The position numbers and the translations under genes are program-made. Shown piece by piece: positions 1 to 9,598 of a DNA stretch of 64,000 bases. The DNA lies in contig JAEUIC010000023.1 in the NCBI GenBank assembly GCA_016795285.1, positions 1 through 64,000 of the forward strand, read 5' to 3'. Numbering within the stretch: position 1 is the stretch's first letter; every line of letters begins with the position of its first letter. Under the pieces are notes generated by a model that ran no database searches, was not told the DNA's origin, and saw only the letters and a list, made by a program, of their open reading frames with translations. The DNA is from Planctomycetota bacterium (GTDB lineage: Bacteria; Planctomycetota; B15-G4; SIAN01).

Positions 1-22
1 ATCACAGCGCCTCCCCCGCCGC

Positions 23-158
23 GGTGCCGGGGAGTTTCCATCCATCCCGGTGCCGGGGAGTTTCCATCCAGGTCGACAGCGGGGCATTTCCCCTCGTAGC
101 CGGACGGAAACTCCCCGGCACCGGGCGGCGCTAAGCCGGACGGAAACTCCCCGCCACC
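23..158. repeat. Composite palindromic repeat element. Two direct copies of GGTGCCGGGGAGTTTCCATCCA (23-44, 49-70) are followed by two inverted copies (101-122, 135-158). A second copy of the element lies at 58408-58602.
   Basis: Read directly from the sequence. The 22-mer occurs twice directly and twice as its reverse complement (CGGACGGAAACTCCCCGGCACC) within 136 bp. The same four-unit arrangement recurs at 58.4 kb. Confidence 0.8.
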
Positions 159-208
159 CGGACGAGGGGGGCGCCAGCGGTCGGAGAGCGGTCGGAGAGG
201 AGCGCGAG

Positions 209-769
209 ATGGGCAAGCGGAGCAAGAGCGTGGGCAAGGCGAAGGGGCCGGCGGTGGCGGCGCTGCGGCGGATCGTGCTGCTGGCGATGGACGTCGACGG
301 GACGCTCACCGACGGGACGATCTCGCTCTCCGAGTCGGGCGAGGAGACCAAGGCGTTCCACGCGCGCGACGGCATCGGCTTGAAGCTCTGGAAGCTCGCC
401 GGCCACGAATCGGCCTTCATCACCGCGCGCAGCAGCAAGGCGGTCACCCGCCGCGCCGGTGAGGTCGGCGTCCGCGACGTCATCCTCGGCTCGAGCGACA
501 AGGGCGCCGCGCTGTGCGCGCTCTGCGCCAAGCGCGGCCTCGCCCTCGATCAGGTCGCCTTCATGGGCGACGACCTGCAGGACCTCGCCGCGCTGCAGAT
601 CGCCGGCCTCTCGATCGCCGTCGCCGACGCCCCGCTCGAGGTGCGCGAGCGCGTCGACTGGGTGACGCAGGCGCGCGGCGGCGAGGCCGCGGTCCGCGAG
701 GCGATCGAGCGGCTGCTCCAGGCGCAGGGCCGCTTCGACGCCGCGCTCGCCCACTTCGTCCGGGACTAG
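209..769 (+). CDS. kdsC: 3-deoxy-D-manno-octulosonate 8-phosphate phosphatase (KdsC, HAD family)
   Basis: HAD motif I LAMDVDGTLTDG, a KDSK-like lysine, and motif FMGDDLQD in the C-terminal part; about 186 aa. Start at ATG 209 (MGKRSKS). The ORF-track start at 50 is an upstream extension that runs through the repeat element. Confidence 0.8.
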   Translation: MGKRSKSVGKAKGPAVAALRRIVLLAMDVDGTLTDGTISLSESGEETKAFHARDGIGLKLWKLAGHESAFITARSSKAVTRRAGEVGVRDVILGSSDKGAALCALCAKRGLALDQVAFMGDDLQDLAALQIAGLSIAVADAPLEVRERVDWVTQARGGEAAVREAIERLLQAQGRFDAALAHFVRD

Positions 770-898
770 CGGCGCCGTGCCGCGGCTCGTGGTGCAACTG
801 CCCCGCCACCGCAACCGCCACCGCAGCCACCGCCGCGCACGCCGCCGCCACGCCCCGTCGCAGCTCGCGCGCCCGTTTCCATTAACCTCTGGCCCTCG

Positions 899-3800
899 AT
901 GAAGCGCCTGCTCCTCTTCGGCTCGATCTTCGGCTTCGGGCTCCTCGTGCTGGTGCTCGTGCTCGGGCCCGGCCGGCTCGTGCGCGAGTCGGGCGAGCAG
1001 GAGATCGGCGACTCGAACCTCGCGGACGTGCGCACCGCCGTCTCGATGAAGGAGAGCGGCCAAGGCGGCGCGACGATCGGCGTCGCCATGGAGGGCGCCG
1101 GCCGCATCCCGATCTGGAAGGAGCGCGTGCTGCCCGACGGCTCCGTGCAGCGCGTGAAGGCCGCGCTGCTGGCCTACCGCGGCATCGAGCCGTTCGCCGG
1201 CGGCTTCCACTTCGATCAGCCGCACCTCGAGTTCTTCCCGGGCGTCGTCGTCGACGAGCGCCCCACCGCCGTCATCGACGCCGAGGGTTGCGACCTCGCG
1301 CTCCACGGCGAGCAGGCGGGCGCCGCGCAGTTCGCGCAGGGCTTCAAGCCGGCCGACGTGAAGGCGTTCACCTTCTCGCCGAAGGTCGTGGTGCAGAAGC
1401 TCGACCCGACGAGCGGCGCGCCGACGCTGCGCTTCGAGACCGAGCGCCTCGAGGCGCCCGAGCTGCCGCTCACCGGCGAGGCCGAGCCGCTCTTCCTCGA
1501 GCGGCTGATCGCGCCCGGTCCGCTGCGGCTGCAGCAGGGCGACGGCTTCGACCTGCGCGCCGGCGGTCTCGAACTCGATCGCCGCAGCGGCCGCCTCACG
1601 CTGCAGCCGCCGCTGGCGCTGACCGCCACCGAGTTCGATCTCCCCGGCCTCACGGGCGAAGCGCCTGCCGAAGCACCCGCCGAAGCACCCGCCAACGCAC
1701 CCGCCGCGCCGCCGGCGAAGCGCGCGCGCACCGCCGCCCCGCGCCCGCCGCTCTTCCTCACCAGCGACGGCCCTGCCACCTACCTGCGCGCCAACCCCGC
1801 CGCCGACGCTTCGTCCAGCGGCGACGCATCGCCTCCCGCGAACGCGCCGCGCCCCGCCGCCGCCACCGACGCCTTCGACCTCGATTCGGTGCTCGGGCCC
1901 GGCGAGATCGTCTTCACCCAGAACGTGCTGCTGAAGCAGGAGGAGCGGTGGCTGCGGACCGAGCGACTCGCCCTGACGCTCGCCCGCAACGCGCTCGGCG
2001 AGCTGGTCGCGACGCGCGTCGACGCGGGCCGCGTGGTGACGCCGCTCGCGTTCGGCCTCCTCGGCGGCGAGGGCGACGCGTCGCAGCTCGAGTGGAGCGA
2101 ACGCGAGCAGGCGCTCGTGCTGCAGGGCCCGGTCGCGCTGCGCGACCTCGTGCTGGGCGAGGGGGCGGCCGCGCGCAAGTTCGAGCTCGCCGCGCGCGAG
2201 AGCCTGCGCGTGCGCAACCTGCCGGCCGACGCCACGCTGCCCGAGCGCATCGAGCTGACGCTCGAGCAGGGCGCGCATGTCGCGATCGGCGGCGAACTGG
2301 TCGCCGACGGCGATCGCATCGTCGCGCTGCTGCTGCCGCCCGCCGAGGAGACGGCCGCGGCACCCGGCTCGCCAGCGCGCCCCGCGCAGCCGCTGCGGCT
2401 CCTCTCGGTCGAGCTGACCGGCGCCCCCGCCACCGCGACGATGAGCGGCCGCGGCGACGCGCGCGCCCGACTGCTCCGCCTCACCGAGAGCGCCGATGGC
2501 ACGCGCACCCTCCACCTCGACGGCGACGCGCGCGCCGAGTTCGAGCGCGGCTTCGTCGAGGGACCGACGCTCGACCTCACGCTGCCGCTCGATCCGAAGG
2601 CGCCGACCACGGTGCTGGTCCCGCGGCTGGTCGCCGCCGAACTCGAGCTGCCCGCCGGCGCCGCCCCCTTCGAACCGCGCTTCGCCGCGACGAGCAGCGC
2701 GACCGCGCCGGCGCCCGTCGCGCGCCGCCTCAAGATCGAACCACTCGGCCCCTGCTCGCTGACGCAGATCGGCGAGCAGGTCGACTTCGTCGGCCGCGCC
2801 ATCTACCGCGTCCGTGCGATCGCCGCGGACGCCACGGACGCCACGGACGCCGCCGATCCTGCGGCTGCCGCCGCTGCCGCGCCCGATCTGCAGACGCTCC
2901 ACGCCGACGAGCTCCACCTGAAGCCCGACGGCGCCGGCTCCTTCGACGCGCGCGCGCTCGGCGACGTCGTGCTGCTCGATCCATCGCGCGGCCTCGTCGT
3001 GCGCGCCGCGCTGGCGCGCACCGAGACGGCGACGCGGGCGGGCCGCTCCGCGCACCTGCTGCTGCTGGAAGGGAAGCGGGCCCACGTCGAGCTGACGCCG
3101 CCGCAGTCGACCGCCGGCGCGCTGGTGGTCGAGGCGCCGGACTTCGAGCTCGATCTCGACCGCGGCTCGCTGCTGGCCGTCGATCCGAGCGGCGCCGTGC
3201 GGCTGCAAGCACCCGAAGCGCTGCTGGCTGACCTCTTCCCGAGCCTCGCGCTGCCGCCGACCGGCGCACCGCCCGCGCCGCCTGCGCCTGCTGCGCCGGC
3301 GGCGAACGCGCCGCCGGCCGGCGAGGCGCCCGCGCCGCTCGAGCTCTCCGCCGAACGGATCGAGTTCGCGCCGGGCGAAGGCGCCGACCCGTTCCAGAGC
3401 GGCGCGCTGCACCTCGCGCGCCGCGTCGTCGTCCTCCGGCCCGCCGACGGCAGCGTCGCGCGCTGCGACACGCTCGACTTCGACCTCGCCGCCGGCACCG
3501 CCGCGCTCGACGGGCGCCCCGACGCGCCCGTCGTGCTGCAGCGCCCGAAGCCCTACGCCGCCGAGCGGATCGACTCGCTCACCACCGCGTGGATCCGCAT
3601 CGATCGCCGCCGCCAGCGCATCACCGCCGCGCCCGCGACGCTGCTGGTGCTCCACCCCGAAGAGGCGCCGACGCCGGAGAAGCCGGTCCCGCCGCTCGTC
3701 CGCATCGAACTGCGCACCAGCGACTCGCCCGAGCTGCAGGGGCGGCGCATCGCGCTCGGCGGCGGCGTCGAGATGGACGTCGCGTTCGGCGATCGGCTCG

Positions 3801-4165
3801 CCCATGCGCGCGCCGAGCGGGCCGAGCTGCTGCTCGCGAACGGGCTCGAGGAGGGCCCCTTCGAGCCGCTGCGCTTGAACCTCTCGCAGCGCGTGCGCCT
3901 CGACTACGGCGACTACCACGCGACCGGCGACCTCCTCTCCTACCGGATCCGCGGCACGCCCGACGACACGCCGGCGCCCGGCTGGATCGAGCTGAAGGAG
4001 GGCGTCGAACCGGGCGCGCTGCTCGGGCAGGATGAGGCGGGTCGCTGGCTGGTGACCGCTCGCTTCGAGCGGATGCGCGTCCACCCGCCGTCGGCCGACG
4101 ATCCGCGGGAGATGATCGAGTTCGATGGGCTTTCGCTGGTGGTCGAGGCAGCGCATGGCGAGTGA
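899..4165 (+). CDS. Large membrane-anchored periplasmic protein of 1088 aa, possibly an LptC/LptA-like (OstA-fold) protein, or alternatively an AsmA/TamB-like protein
   Basis: N-terminal transmembrane helix (LLLFGSIFGFGLLVLVLVL) followed by a long beta-rich periplasmic region. It sits between kdsC and an LptD-like gene, the usual context for lptC/lptA. The stop overlaps the next gene's start. Confidence 0.45.
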   Translation: MKRLLLFGSIFGFGLLVLVLVLGPGRLVRESGEQEIGDSNLADVRTAVSMKESGQGGATIGVAMEGAGRIPIWKERVLPDGSVQRVKAALLAYRGIEPFAGGFHFDQPHLEFFPGVVVDERPTAVIDAEGCDLALHGEQAGAAQFAQGFKPADVKAFTFSPKVVVQKLDPTSGAPTLRFETERLEAPELPLTGEAEPLFLERLIAPGPLRLQQGDGFDLRAGGLELDRRSGRLTLQPPLALTATEFDLPGLTGEAPAEAPAEAPANAPAAPPAKRARTAAPRPPLFLTSDGPATYLRANPAADASSSGDASPPANAPRPAAATDAFDLDSVLGPGEIVFTQNVLLKQEERWLRTERLALTLARNALGELVATRVDAGRVVTPLAFGLLGGEGDASQLEWSEREQALVLQGPVALRDLVLGEGAAARKFELAARESLRVRNLPADATLPERIELTLEQGAHVAIGGELVADGDRIVALLLPPAEETAAAPGSPARPAQPLRLLSVELTGAPATATMSGRGDARARLLRLTESADGTRTLHLDGDARAEFERGFVEGPTLDLTLPLDPKAPTTVLVPRLVAAELELPAGAAPFEPRFAATSSATAPAPVARRLKIEPLGPCSLTQIGEQVDFVGRAIYRVRAIAADATDATDAADPAAAAAAAPDLQTLHADELHLKPDGAGSFDARALGDVVLLDPSRGLVVRAALARTETATRAGRSAHLLLLEGKRAHVELTPPQSTAGALVVEAPDFELDLDRGSLLAVDPSGAVRLQAPEALLADLFPSLALPPTGAPPAPPAPAAPAANAPPAGEAPAPLELSAERIEFAPGEGADPFQSGALHLARRVVVLRPADGSVARCDTLDFDLAAGTAALDGRPDAPVVLQRPKPYAAERIDSLTTAWIRIDRRRQRITAAPATLLVLHPEEAPTPEKPVPPLVRIELRTSDSPELQGRRIALGGGVEMDVAFGDRLAHARAERAELLLANGLEEGPFEPLRLNLSQRVRLDYGDYHATGDLLSYRIRGTPDDTPAPGWIELKEGVEPGALLGQDEAGRWLVTARFERMRVHPPSADDPREMIEFDGLSLVVEAAHGE

Positions 4166-6746
4166 GTCGCGTCCGCGAGCGCACGGCGGTTCCGCACCGC
4201 GCTGCGCGGCCGCGTGGCTCTGCGCCGCCGCCTTGGCCGCGCCGCTCTCCGCTCGCGCGCAGGAGACGCCCGCGACGGCGCCGAGCGGTGCGCCCGCCAC
4301 TGCGCCCGCGCCGCAAGCCGCGCCGCCGCGCGCGCCGCGCCCCGCCGAACTCGGCGCGACCCACCTCGAAGTGCTCTCCAGCACCGACGCCGATCAGGCG
4401 ATCCTGCTGGCCGAGAACCTCTGGCTGCGCCTCGACGACGGCGCCGTCGAGCTGCGCGCCGACTGGGCGATCCTCTGGGGCGATCGCGACCTGCTGCTGC
4501 TGCGCAAGGTCGAGCGCTCGCAGGACGCTCCCAGCGCGCCGTTCCGTCCCGAGGTGCCGCCTGCGCCGGGCCGCGCGCCGCTGCCGCTCGCCGGCGGAGC
4601 GAGCGACGCGTCCGCGGCGCTGGTCCAGGGGCTGCACGAGGTCTACGCCGAAGGGCACGTCTACTTCCGCCAAGGCGCCGAGCAGGTGCTCTTCGCCGAG
4701 AGCCTCTACCAGCACCTCCTCGAGCAGCGCGGCGTGCTGGTCGAAGCCGACGCCTTCGGCCGCTCGGCCTACAAGGGCACGCCGATCGATGTCCACGTGC
4801 GCGCCGCCGCGCTGCGCACGCTCGGCCCGCGCCTGCTGGTGGCGGAGGAGGCGCAGTTCTCGACCTGCGCCTACGGCCACCCCCACTACCACGTGCGCAG
4901 CGACGCGCTGTCGATCACGCTGCGCGATCCGCTGGCGCGGGCCGCCGGCGCAGCCCCCGCCGGCAGCGCCGCCTCCCCCGGACCGGGCATCGAGAGCCTC
5001 GCGCTGCGCGACAACGTGCTGCGGCTCGACGACACCACGCTCTTCCCGCTGCCGAGCTTCACCGCGCGCCTCGACGCCGGCGACGGCCTGCCGCTGAAGA
5101 AGGTGCGCGCCGGCCACTCGAAGCGCTTCGGCGCCTACCTGCAGACGCTGTGGGGCGCCGACCTGCCCGACGAGGCGGCCGCGCTGCAGGAGTCGCTGGC
5201 GCTCGATCCGGCGCGGCCGCTCGAACTCGGCTGGGAGCTCGACGTCGACGGCTACGCGCGGCGCGGCGGCGGCCTCGGTCCGGCGCTGCAGTGGAAGGTG
5301 CCGGGCGCCATCGACGGCGAGCTCGGCGGCTACTGGATCCACGATCGGCGCGGCGAGGACTTCGGCCAGCCGTTCGACTTCGAGCACGCCGATCGCGGCC
5401 GCGCCTACCTGCGCGACCGCTTCACGCCGATCGAGCACTGGCGCCTCGACACCGAGGTGCAGTGGCTCTCCGACGCCGGCTTCCAGCCCGAGTACTTCGA
5501 GCGCGAGTTCAAGGAGGAGAAGGAGCCGGAGAGCTACGCCCACCTGGTGCGCCAGGAGGAGCAGACGCGCTGGCGCTTCCTCTACCGCAATCGCCTGAAC
5601 GACTTCACCACGCAGGTCGACCAGCTGCCGCGCGCCGGCTTCGATCGGGTCGGCGAGCCGCTGCTGCGCCTGCCGCTGCCGCGCTTCCTCGAGAACGACG
5701 GCAAGCCGGCGTGGGTGGTGCTGACGCAGGCGCACGACGTCGCCCACCAGCGGCTGCGCACCGCCGACGGCTCGCTGCTCGACGACGAGCGCGTCGCGCG
5801 CGCCGACTCGCTGCTCGACCTGTCGACGACGCTCTCGCTCGGGCCGCTCTCGCTGCGGCCGTTCACGGCGGGGCGCTTCACCGGCTGGGATCGCCGCGCC
5901 GACGACGGCAGCTCGATCGGGCGCGCGGCCGGCCTCGCCGGCGCTCGCAGCGAGCTGATGGTGCATCGCAACTACGACGCCTGGGCGCCGAGCTTCGGCA
6001 TCGACGGATTGCGCCACATCGTGCTGTTCGACGCCGACTACGTGAACCTCTACGACGTCTCGCGCGACCCCGACGAGCTGGTGCAGATCGACGACGTCGA
6101 CGCGCTCGACCAGCGCGAGGTCTACCTGCTGGCGATCCGCCAGCGCGCGCAGACGCATCGCGGCCAGTCGATCGAGGACGTCGCCGAGCTCGACCTCGAG
6201 CTGCCGCTCTACCCGCATGCGCAGCGCGACAACGTCGGCCCGATCGCCGGCTCGACGGCCGGGCGCACGGCGGGCCCGCTGCGCTACGACGCGGTGGTCC
6301 GGCCGGGGCTGCGCGACCCGATCTTCCGCCACGCCTACGCCTGGTCGGAGGGCGAGTGGAACTTCCACGACGGCGCGTTCGACACGGTGAACGTCGGCGC
6401 GGCGCTGCAGCCGACGCTCGAGTGGACCACGCTGCTCAGCTGGCGCGTCACGCGCGGCTACTCGCGCGTCATCACCGGCGAGCTCGATTGGCGCCTCACC
6501 GACAAGTGGTCGGTGGCGCTCCTCGAGCAGTACGACCTCGAGCAGAGGAACGGCCTCGAGCACCGCTACGAGCTGCGCCGCCACGGCCACGACTTCACGC
6601 TCACCTTCGGCTTCGAGCGCGATCGCGGCGACGGCGACCTCGCCTTCACCTTCGCCCTCTACCCGAGCTTCCTCATGCGCGGCCGCGCCGAGCGGTCGCT
6701 CAGCTCCGGCCGCGGCGATCGCCCGCAGCTCGGCGAGGGGTACTGA
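4155..6746 (+). CDS. OstA/LptD-family outer-membrane LPS-assembly protein (LptD-like)
   Basis: Signal peptide (AAAWLCAAALAAPLSARAQE), an N-terminal OstA-like segment, a large C-terminal region and a C-terminal aromatic residue (..GEGY) typical of OM beta-barrels; about 863 aa. Start chosen at ATG 4155, which overlaps the upstream stop. Confidence 0.45.
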   Translation: MASESRPRAHGGSAPRCAAAWLCAAALAAPLSARAQETPATAPSGAPATAPAPQAAPPRAPRPAELGATHLEVLSSTDADQAILLAENLWLRLDDGAVELRADWAILWGDRDLLLLRKVERSQDAPSAPFRPEVPPAPGRAPLPLAGGASDASAALVQGLHEVYAEGHVYFRQGAEQVLFAESLYQHLLEQRGVLVEADAFGRSAYKGTPIDVHVRAAALRTLGPRLLVAEEAQFSTCAYGHPHYHVRSDALSITLRDPLARAAGAAPAGSAASPGPGIESLALRDNVLRLDDTTLFPLPSFTARLDAGDGLPLKKVRAGHSKRFGAYLQTLWGADLPDEAAALQESLALDPARPLELGWELDVDGYARRGGGLGPALQWKVPGAIDGELGGYWIHDRRGEDFGQPFDFEHADRGRAYLRDRFTPIEHWRLDTEVQWLSDAGFQPEYFEREFKEEKEPESYAHLVRQEEQTRWRFLYRNRLNDFTTQVDQLPRAGFDRVGEPLLRLPLPRFLENDGKPAWVVLTQAHDVAHQRLRTADGSLLDDERVARADSLLDLSTTLSLGPLSLRPFTAGRFTGWDRRADDGSSIGRAAGLAGARSELMVHRNYDAWAPSFGIDGLRHIVLFDADYVNLYDVSRDPDELVQIDDVDALDQREVYLLAIRQRAQTHRGQSIEDVAELDLELPLYPHAQRDNVGPIAGSTAGRTAGPLRYDAVVRPGLRDPIFRHAYAWSEGEWNFHDGAFDTVNVGAALQPTLEWTTLLSWRVTRGYSRVITGELDWRLTDKWSVALLEQYDLEQRNGLEHRYELRRHGHDFTLTFGFERDRGDGDLAFTFALYPSFLMRGRAERSLSSGRGDRPQLGEGY

Positions 6747-6779
6747 GGGAGGCGAGCGGCGGTCGCGACGGCGCGCCGC

Positions 6780-8192
6780 TCACCGCACCGCGCGGTCGGG
6801 CAGGTGGCGGACCGGGTCGCGCGCCTCGGCCAGCGTCGCGAGGCGCAGCAGCGCCAGCGCTTCGCCGGCGGCCCCCAGCATCAGGTCGACGCTGGCGGCA
6901 CCGTCGCCACCGCCGCTCGACGGGTCGTGCGTCGCGCCTTGGTGCCAGAGGACGCCCGCGCCATCGGCCACCGCCGCCTGCACCAGCCAGTCGCCCGCGC
7001 GCGCGGCGAAGGCGGCGTGCTCCGCGGCGCCGGTCACGCGATGGAGATCGCAGAAGAAGTCGAGCACGCCCGCGACACCGCAACAGAACGAGGGCGGGAA
7101 GGCGGCCGGGGCGGCGGCGCGCGGGTCAGCGTCGGCGGGTTGCGCCTCGCGCGGCGCCTGCGCCATGACGAAGCGCGCGCCGGCCAGCGCGGCGTCGAGG
7201 TAGCGCGCTTCGCCGCTCTGCGCGTGGAGCAGCAGGAAGAGGCGCGCCGTGCCGGGCGGCCCGTGGCACCAGCCGCCCATCGTCTGCGGCGCGCCGGCAA
7301 TCACCGGCCACGCGAGCCCGTCGCCGTGCACCAGCGACTGCGCCAGCAGCCACTCGGCGCCGTCGCGAGCCGCGCGCGCGCACGCCTCGTCGCCGGTCAC
7401 GGCCGCCACGCGCGCCAACGCGTAGGCGACGCCCGCCGAGCCGTGGCTGAAGTTGACGTACGGCTGATTCCCGGCGAGCTGCCAGCGCCAATGGAGCAGC
7501 CGCTGCTGGCCGTCCGCGCCCCCGTGCGACACCTGCGCCTGCGCGATCAGCCAATGCGCCGCCGCCTGCGCCGCCGCGACGAAGCTCTCCTCGCCGCTCG
7601 CCTCGCCGAGATCGAGCAGGAAGAGGAGCGTCCCCGCGGCGCCGAAGATGATCTCGACCTGCTGATCCCACGAGAGGCGGTCCTCCTCCGCGGTGCCGCG
7701 CGCGACGATCGAGTCGCCGATGGCGACGGCCAGCTCGAGCGCCTCGTCGTCGTCGCGCAGCCGCGCGCGCGCGAGGAACGCGGCGCCGACGCCGGCATCG
7801 CCGGCGTAGAGCGCGGTCGCCCCCTCGCGCATGCCGTCCGGCATCCAGGTCAGCTCGCCCGTGCGCGTCTGCTGTTGCGTCGCGCGCAGCCCCTTCGCGA
7901 TCCCGTCGGCGAGCGTGCGTGCCCGCGCGTCGTCCAGCACGGCCGCGGCGTTCTCGAGGAAGAGCAGCGCCCCCGCGCTGCCGCCGTAGACCGCGGCGCC
8001 GAGCCGCGTGTTGCGCCGCTGCGGATCGACGAAGAGGAGCGCCCCCTCCTCGCCCTCGAGCGGCGCCGCCTGCCGCTCGATCCACTCGACGGCGCGCGCC
8101 ACCGTCGCGCGCAGCTCGGCCGGATCGCTCGCCGGCAGGATCGCCGACGAGACGGCGCAGAGGAAGCGAGCAGCGATCGTCATCGGGAACAT
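6780..8192 (-). CDS. LanC-like (lanthionine synthetase C-like) cyclase-domain protein
   Basis: Three conserved LanC motifs: FSHGSAGV (GxxHG), GGWCHGPPG (WCxG) and FCCGVAGV (CxG). Start MFPMTIAAR at 8192, 18 nt after the stop of the upstream sulfatase gene. The longer ORF reaching 9164 overlaps the sulfatase and is an artefact. Confidence 0.75.
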   Translation of the reverse strand: MFPMTIAARFLCAVSSAILPASDPAELRATVARAVEWIERQAAPLEGEEGALLFVDPQRRNTRLGAAVYGGSAGALLFLENAAAVLDDARARTLADGIAKGLRATQQQTRTGELTWMPDGMREGATALYAGDAGVGAAFLARARLRDDDEALELAVAIGDSIVARGTAEEDRLSWDQQVEIIFGAAGTLLFLLDLGEASGEESFVAAAQAAAHWLIAQAQVSHGGADGQQRLLHWRWQLAGNQPYVNFSHGSAGVAYALARVAAVTGDEACARAARDGAEWLLAQSLVHGDGLAWPVIAGAPQTMGGWCHGPPGTARLFLLLHAQSGEARYLDAALAGARFVMAQAPREAQPADADPRAAAPAAFPPSFCCGVAGVLDFFCDLHRVTGAAEHAAFAARAGDWLVQAAVADGAGVLWHQGATHDPSSGGGDGAASVDLMLGAAGEALALLRLATLAEARDPVRHLPDRAVR

Positions 8193-8209
8193 GCGGCAGC
8201 TCCAAGCTC

Positions 8210-9598
8210 TCAGCGATCGTCGCCACCCGGCTCCGCGCGCTCGTCCTCGCCGAACTCCTCGACGCCGCGCCACAGCGAGGGGACGTTGGTGGCGTTCCAC
8301 TGCTCCCACGCGGCCAGCAGCTCGGCGACCTGCTCGGGCCGCTCCTCGGCGAGGTCGCGGAGCTCGCGCGGATCGGCGGCGAGGTCGAATAGCGAGAGGG
8401 CGCGGCCCGGCGCCACGCGCACCAGCTTCCAGTCGCCGCGGCGCACCGCGAGGCGCGAGCCGGAGCGCCAGAAGAGGGCGGCGTGCGGCGGCGTCGCGAC
8501 GGCCCCCGCGAGGAACGGCACCAGGTCGACCCCGTCGTGCTCGGGCACCGCGAGGCCGCACGCCGTGGCGGCGGTGGCCGCGAGGTCGAGCAGGTGGACC
8601 GGCCGCTCGAAGACGACGCCCGCCGGGATGCGGCCGTTCCAGCGCAGCAGCAGCGGCACCCGCAGTCCGCCCTCGAGGAACTGCGTCTTCACGCCGCGCA
8701 ACGGCGCATTGCCGTCGTGCCGGATCGAGCCGTTGTCGCTGGTGAAGAACAGCAACGTGTTCGCGCCGAGGCCGTGCGCCTCGAGCCGCTCCAGCACGAC
8801 GCCCACCGCGTCGTCGAGCCCGACGATCAGGTTCGCGTAGGCGCGCCGGCCGGGATCGGCGATCGACGCGACGCGCTCCGCGAGCGCCGGGTCGGGCTGC
8901 ACCGGCGGATGGACCGCGCCGAACGGCAGGTAGAGGAAGAACGGCCGCGCCGCGTGGCGATCGATGAAGGCGGCCGCTTCGCGCGCCAGCGCCGGCGTGA
9001 GCCACCCCTTCTCCTCGACCGGCTCGACGCCGCGCAGCAGCTGCGTCGGCGCGTTGCGGCGGCGGCGGCTCGGGTCGTAGGCGCTCGCCTTGTCGAGGAA
9101 GCCGAAGAACTCGTCGAAGCCGCGCTCGGTCGGGCGCTGGCCCGGCTTCGTGCCGAGGTGCCACTTGCCGACCAGGCCGGTCGCGTAGCCGGCGGCGCGC
9201 AACCGCTCGGCGAGCGTCGTCGCATCGGGCGGCAGCCCGAACGTGTCGTTGCCCGCTTCAGGCGGCCCCTGGTTGAACTCGAAGCCGAAGCGCTGCCCGT
9301 AGCGGCCGGTCAGCAGCGCGGCGCGCGACGGGGCGCAGACGGGTGCCGTCGCGTAGGCCTGCGTGCAGCGCGCGCCGCTCCGCGCGAGCGCGTCGAGGTG
9401 GGGCGTCGCGACGTCGCTGGCGCCGCAGATGGCGAGGTCGGCGCTGCCGAGATCGTCGGCGACGATCACCACGACGTTCGGCCGCGGATCGGCGGCGCGC
9501 GCGTCCGCCTGCGCGCTGGCGGAGGCGGCCGCAACGAGCAGCAGGGCGCCGCCGACGATGGCGCGAAGGGGCATCGTCGTGGCTCGTTCGAAGGACAT
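8210..9598 (-). CDS. Formylglycine-dependent (aryl)sulfatase, secreted
   Basis: Signal peptide, then VVVIVADDLGSADL, the C-x-P-x-R motif (CAPSRAALLTGR) and GKWHLG, as in the PF00884 sulfatase family. Confidence 0.85.
   Translation of the reverse strand: MSFERATTMPLRAIVGGALLLVAAASASAQADARAADPRPNVVVIVADDLGSADLAICGASDVATPHLDALARSGARCTQAYATAPVCAPSRAALLTGRYGQRFGFEFNQGPPEAGNDTFGLPPDATTLAERLRAAGYATGLVGKWHLGTKPGQRPTERGFDEFFGFLDKASAYDPSRRRRNAPTQLLRGVEPVEEKGWLTPALAREAAAFIDRHAARPFFLYLPFGAVHPPVQPDPALAERVASIADPGRRAYANLIVGLDDAVGVVLERLEAHGLGANTLLFFTSDNGSIRHDGNAPLRGVKTQFLEGGLRVPLLLRWNGRIPAGVVFERPVHLLDLAATAATACGLAVPEHDGVDLVPFLAGAVATPPHAALFWRSGSRLAVRRGDWKLVRVAPGRALSLFDLAADPRELRDLAEERPEQVAELLAAWEQWNATNVPSLWRGVEEFGEDERAEPGGDDR

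Noticed and set aside
50-208. N-terminal extension of the kdsC ORF back to position 50
   Set aside because: The extension is the translated repeat element (PGSFHPGRQRGISPRSRTETPRH). The HAD domain begins after M at 209.
1288-3231. 647-aa Arg/Ala-rich plus-strand ORF and several overlapping minus-strand ORFs (1780-2802, 2730-3269, 2803-3498) inside the 899-4165 gene
   Set aside because: Low-complexity R/A/P/G-rich translations typical of off-frame reading in about 72% GC DNA. They overlap a gene with a coherent TM plus beta-rich translation.
3621-6590. 989-aa minus-strand ORF and the 984-aa and 311-aa plus ORFs (4214-7168, 4162-5097) overlapping the LptD-like gene
   Set aside because: No recognisable motifs and Arg-rich composition. 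They are antisense or out of frame to a gene with a signal peptide and an OMP-like C-terminus.
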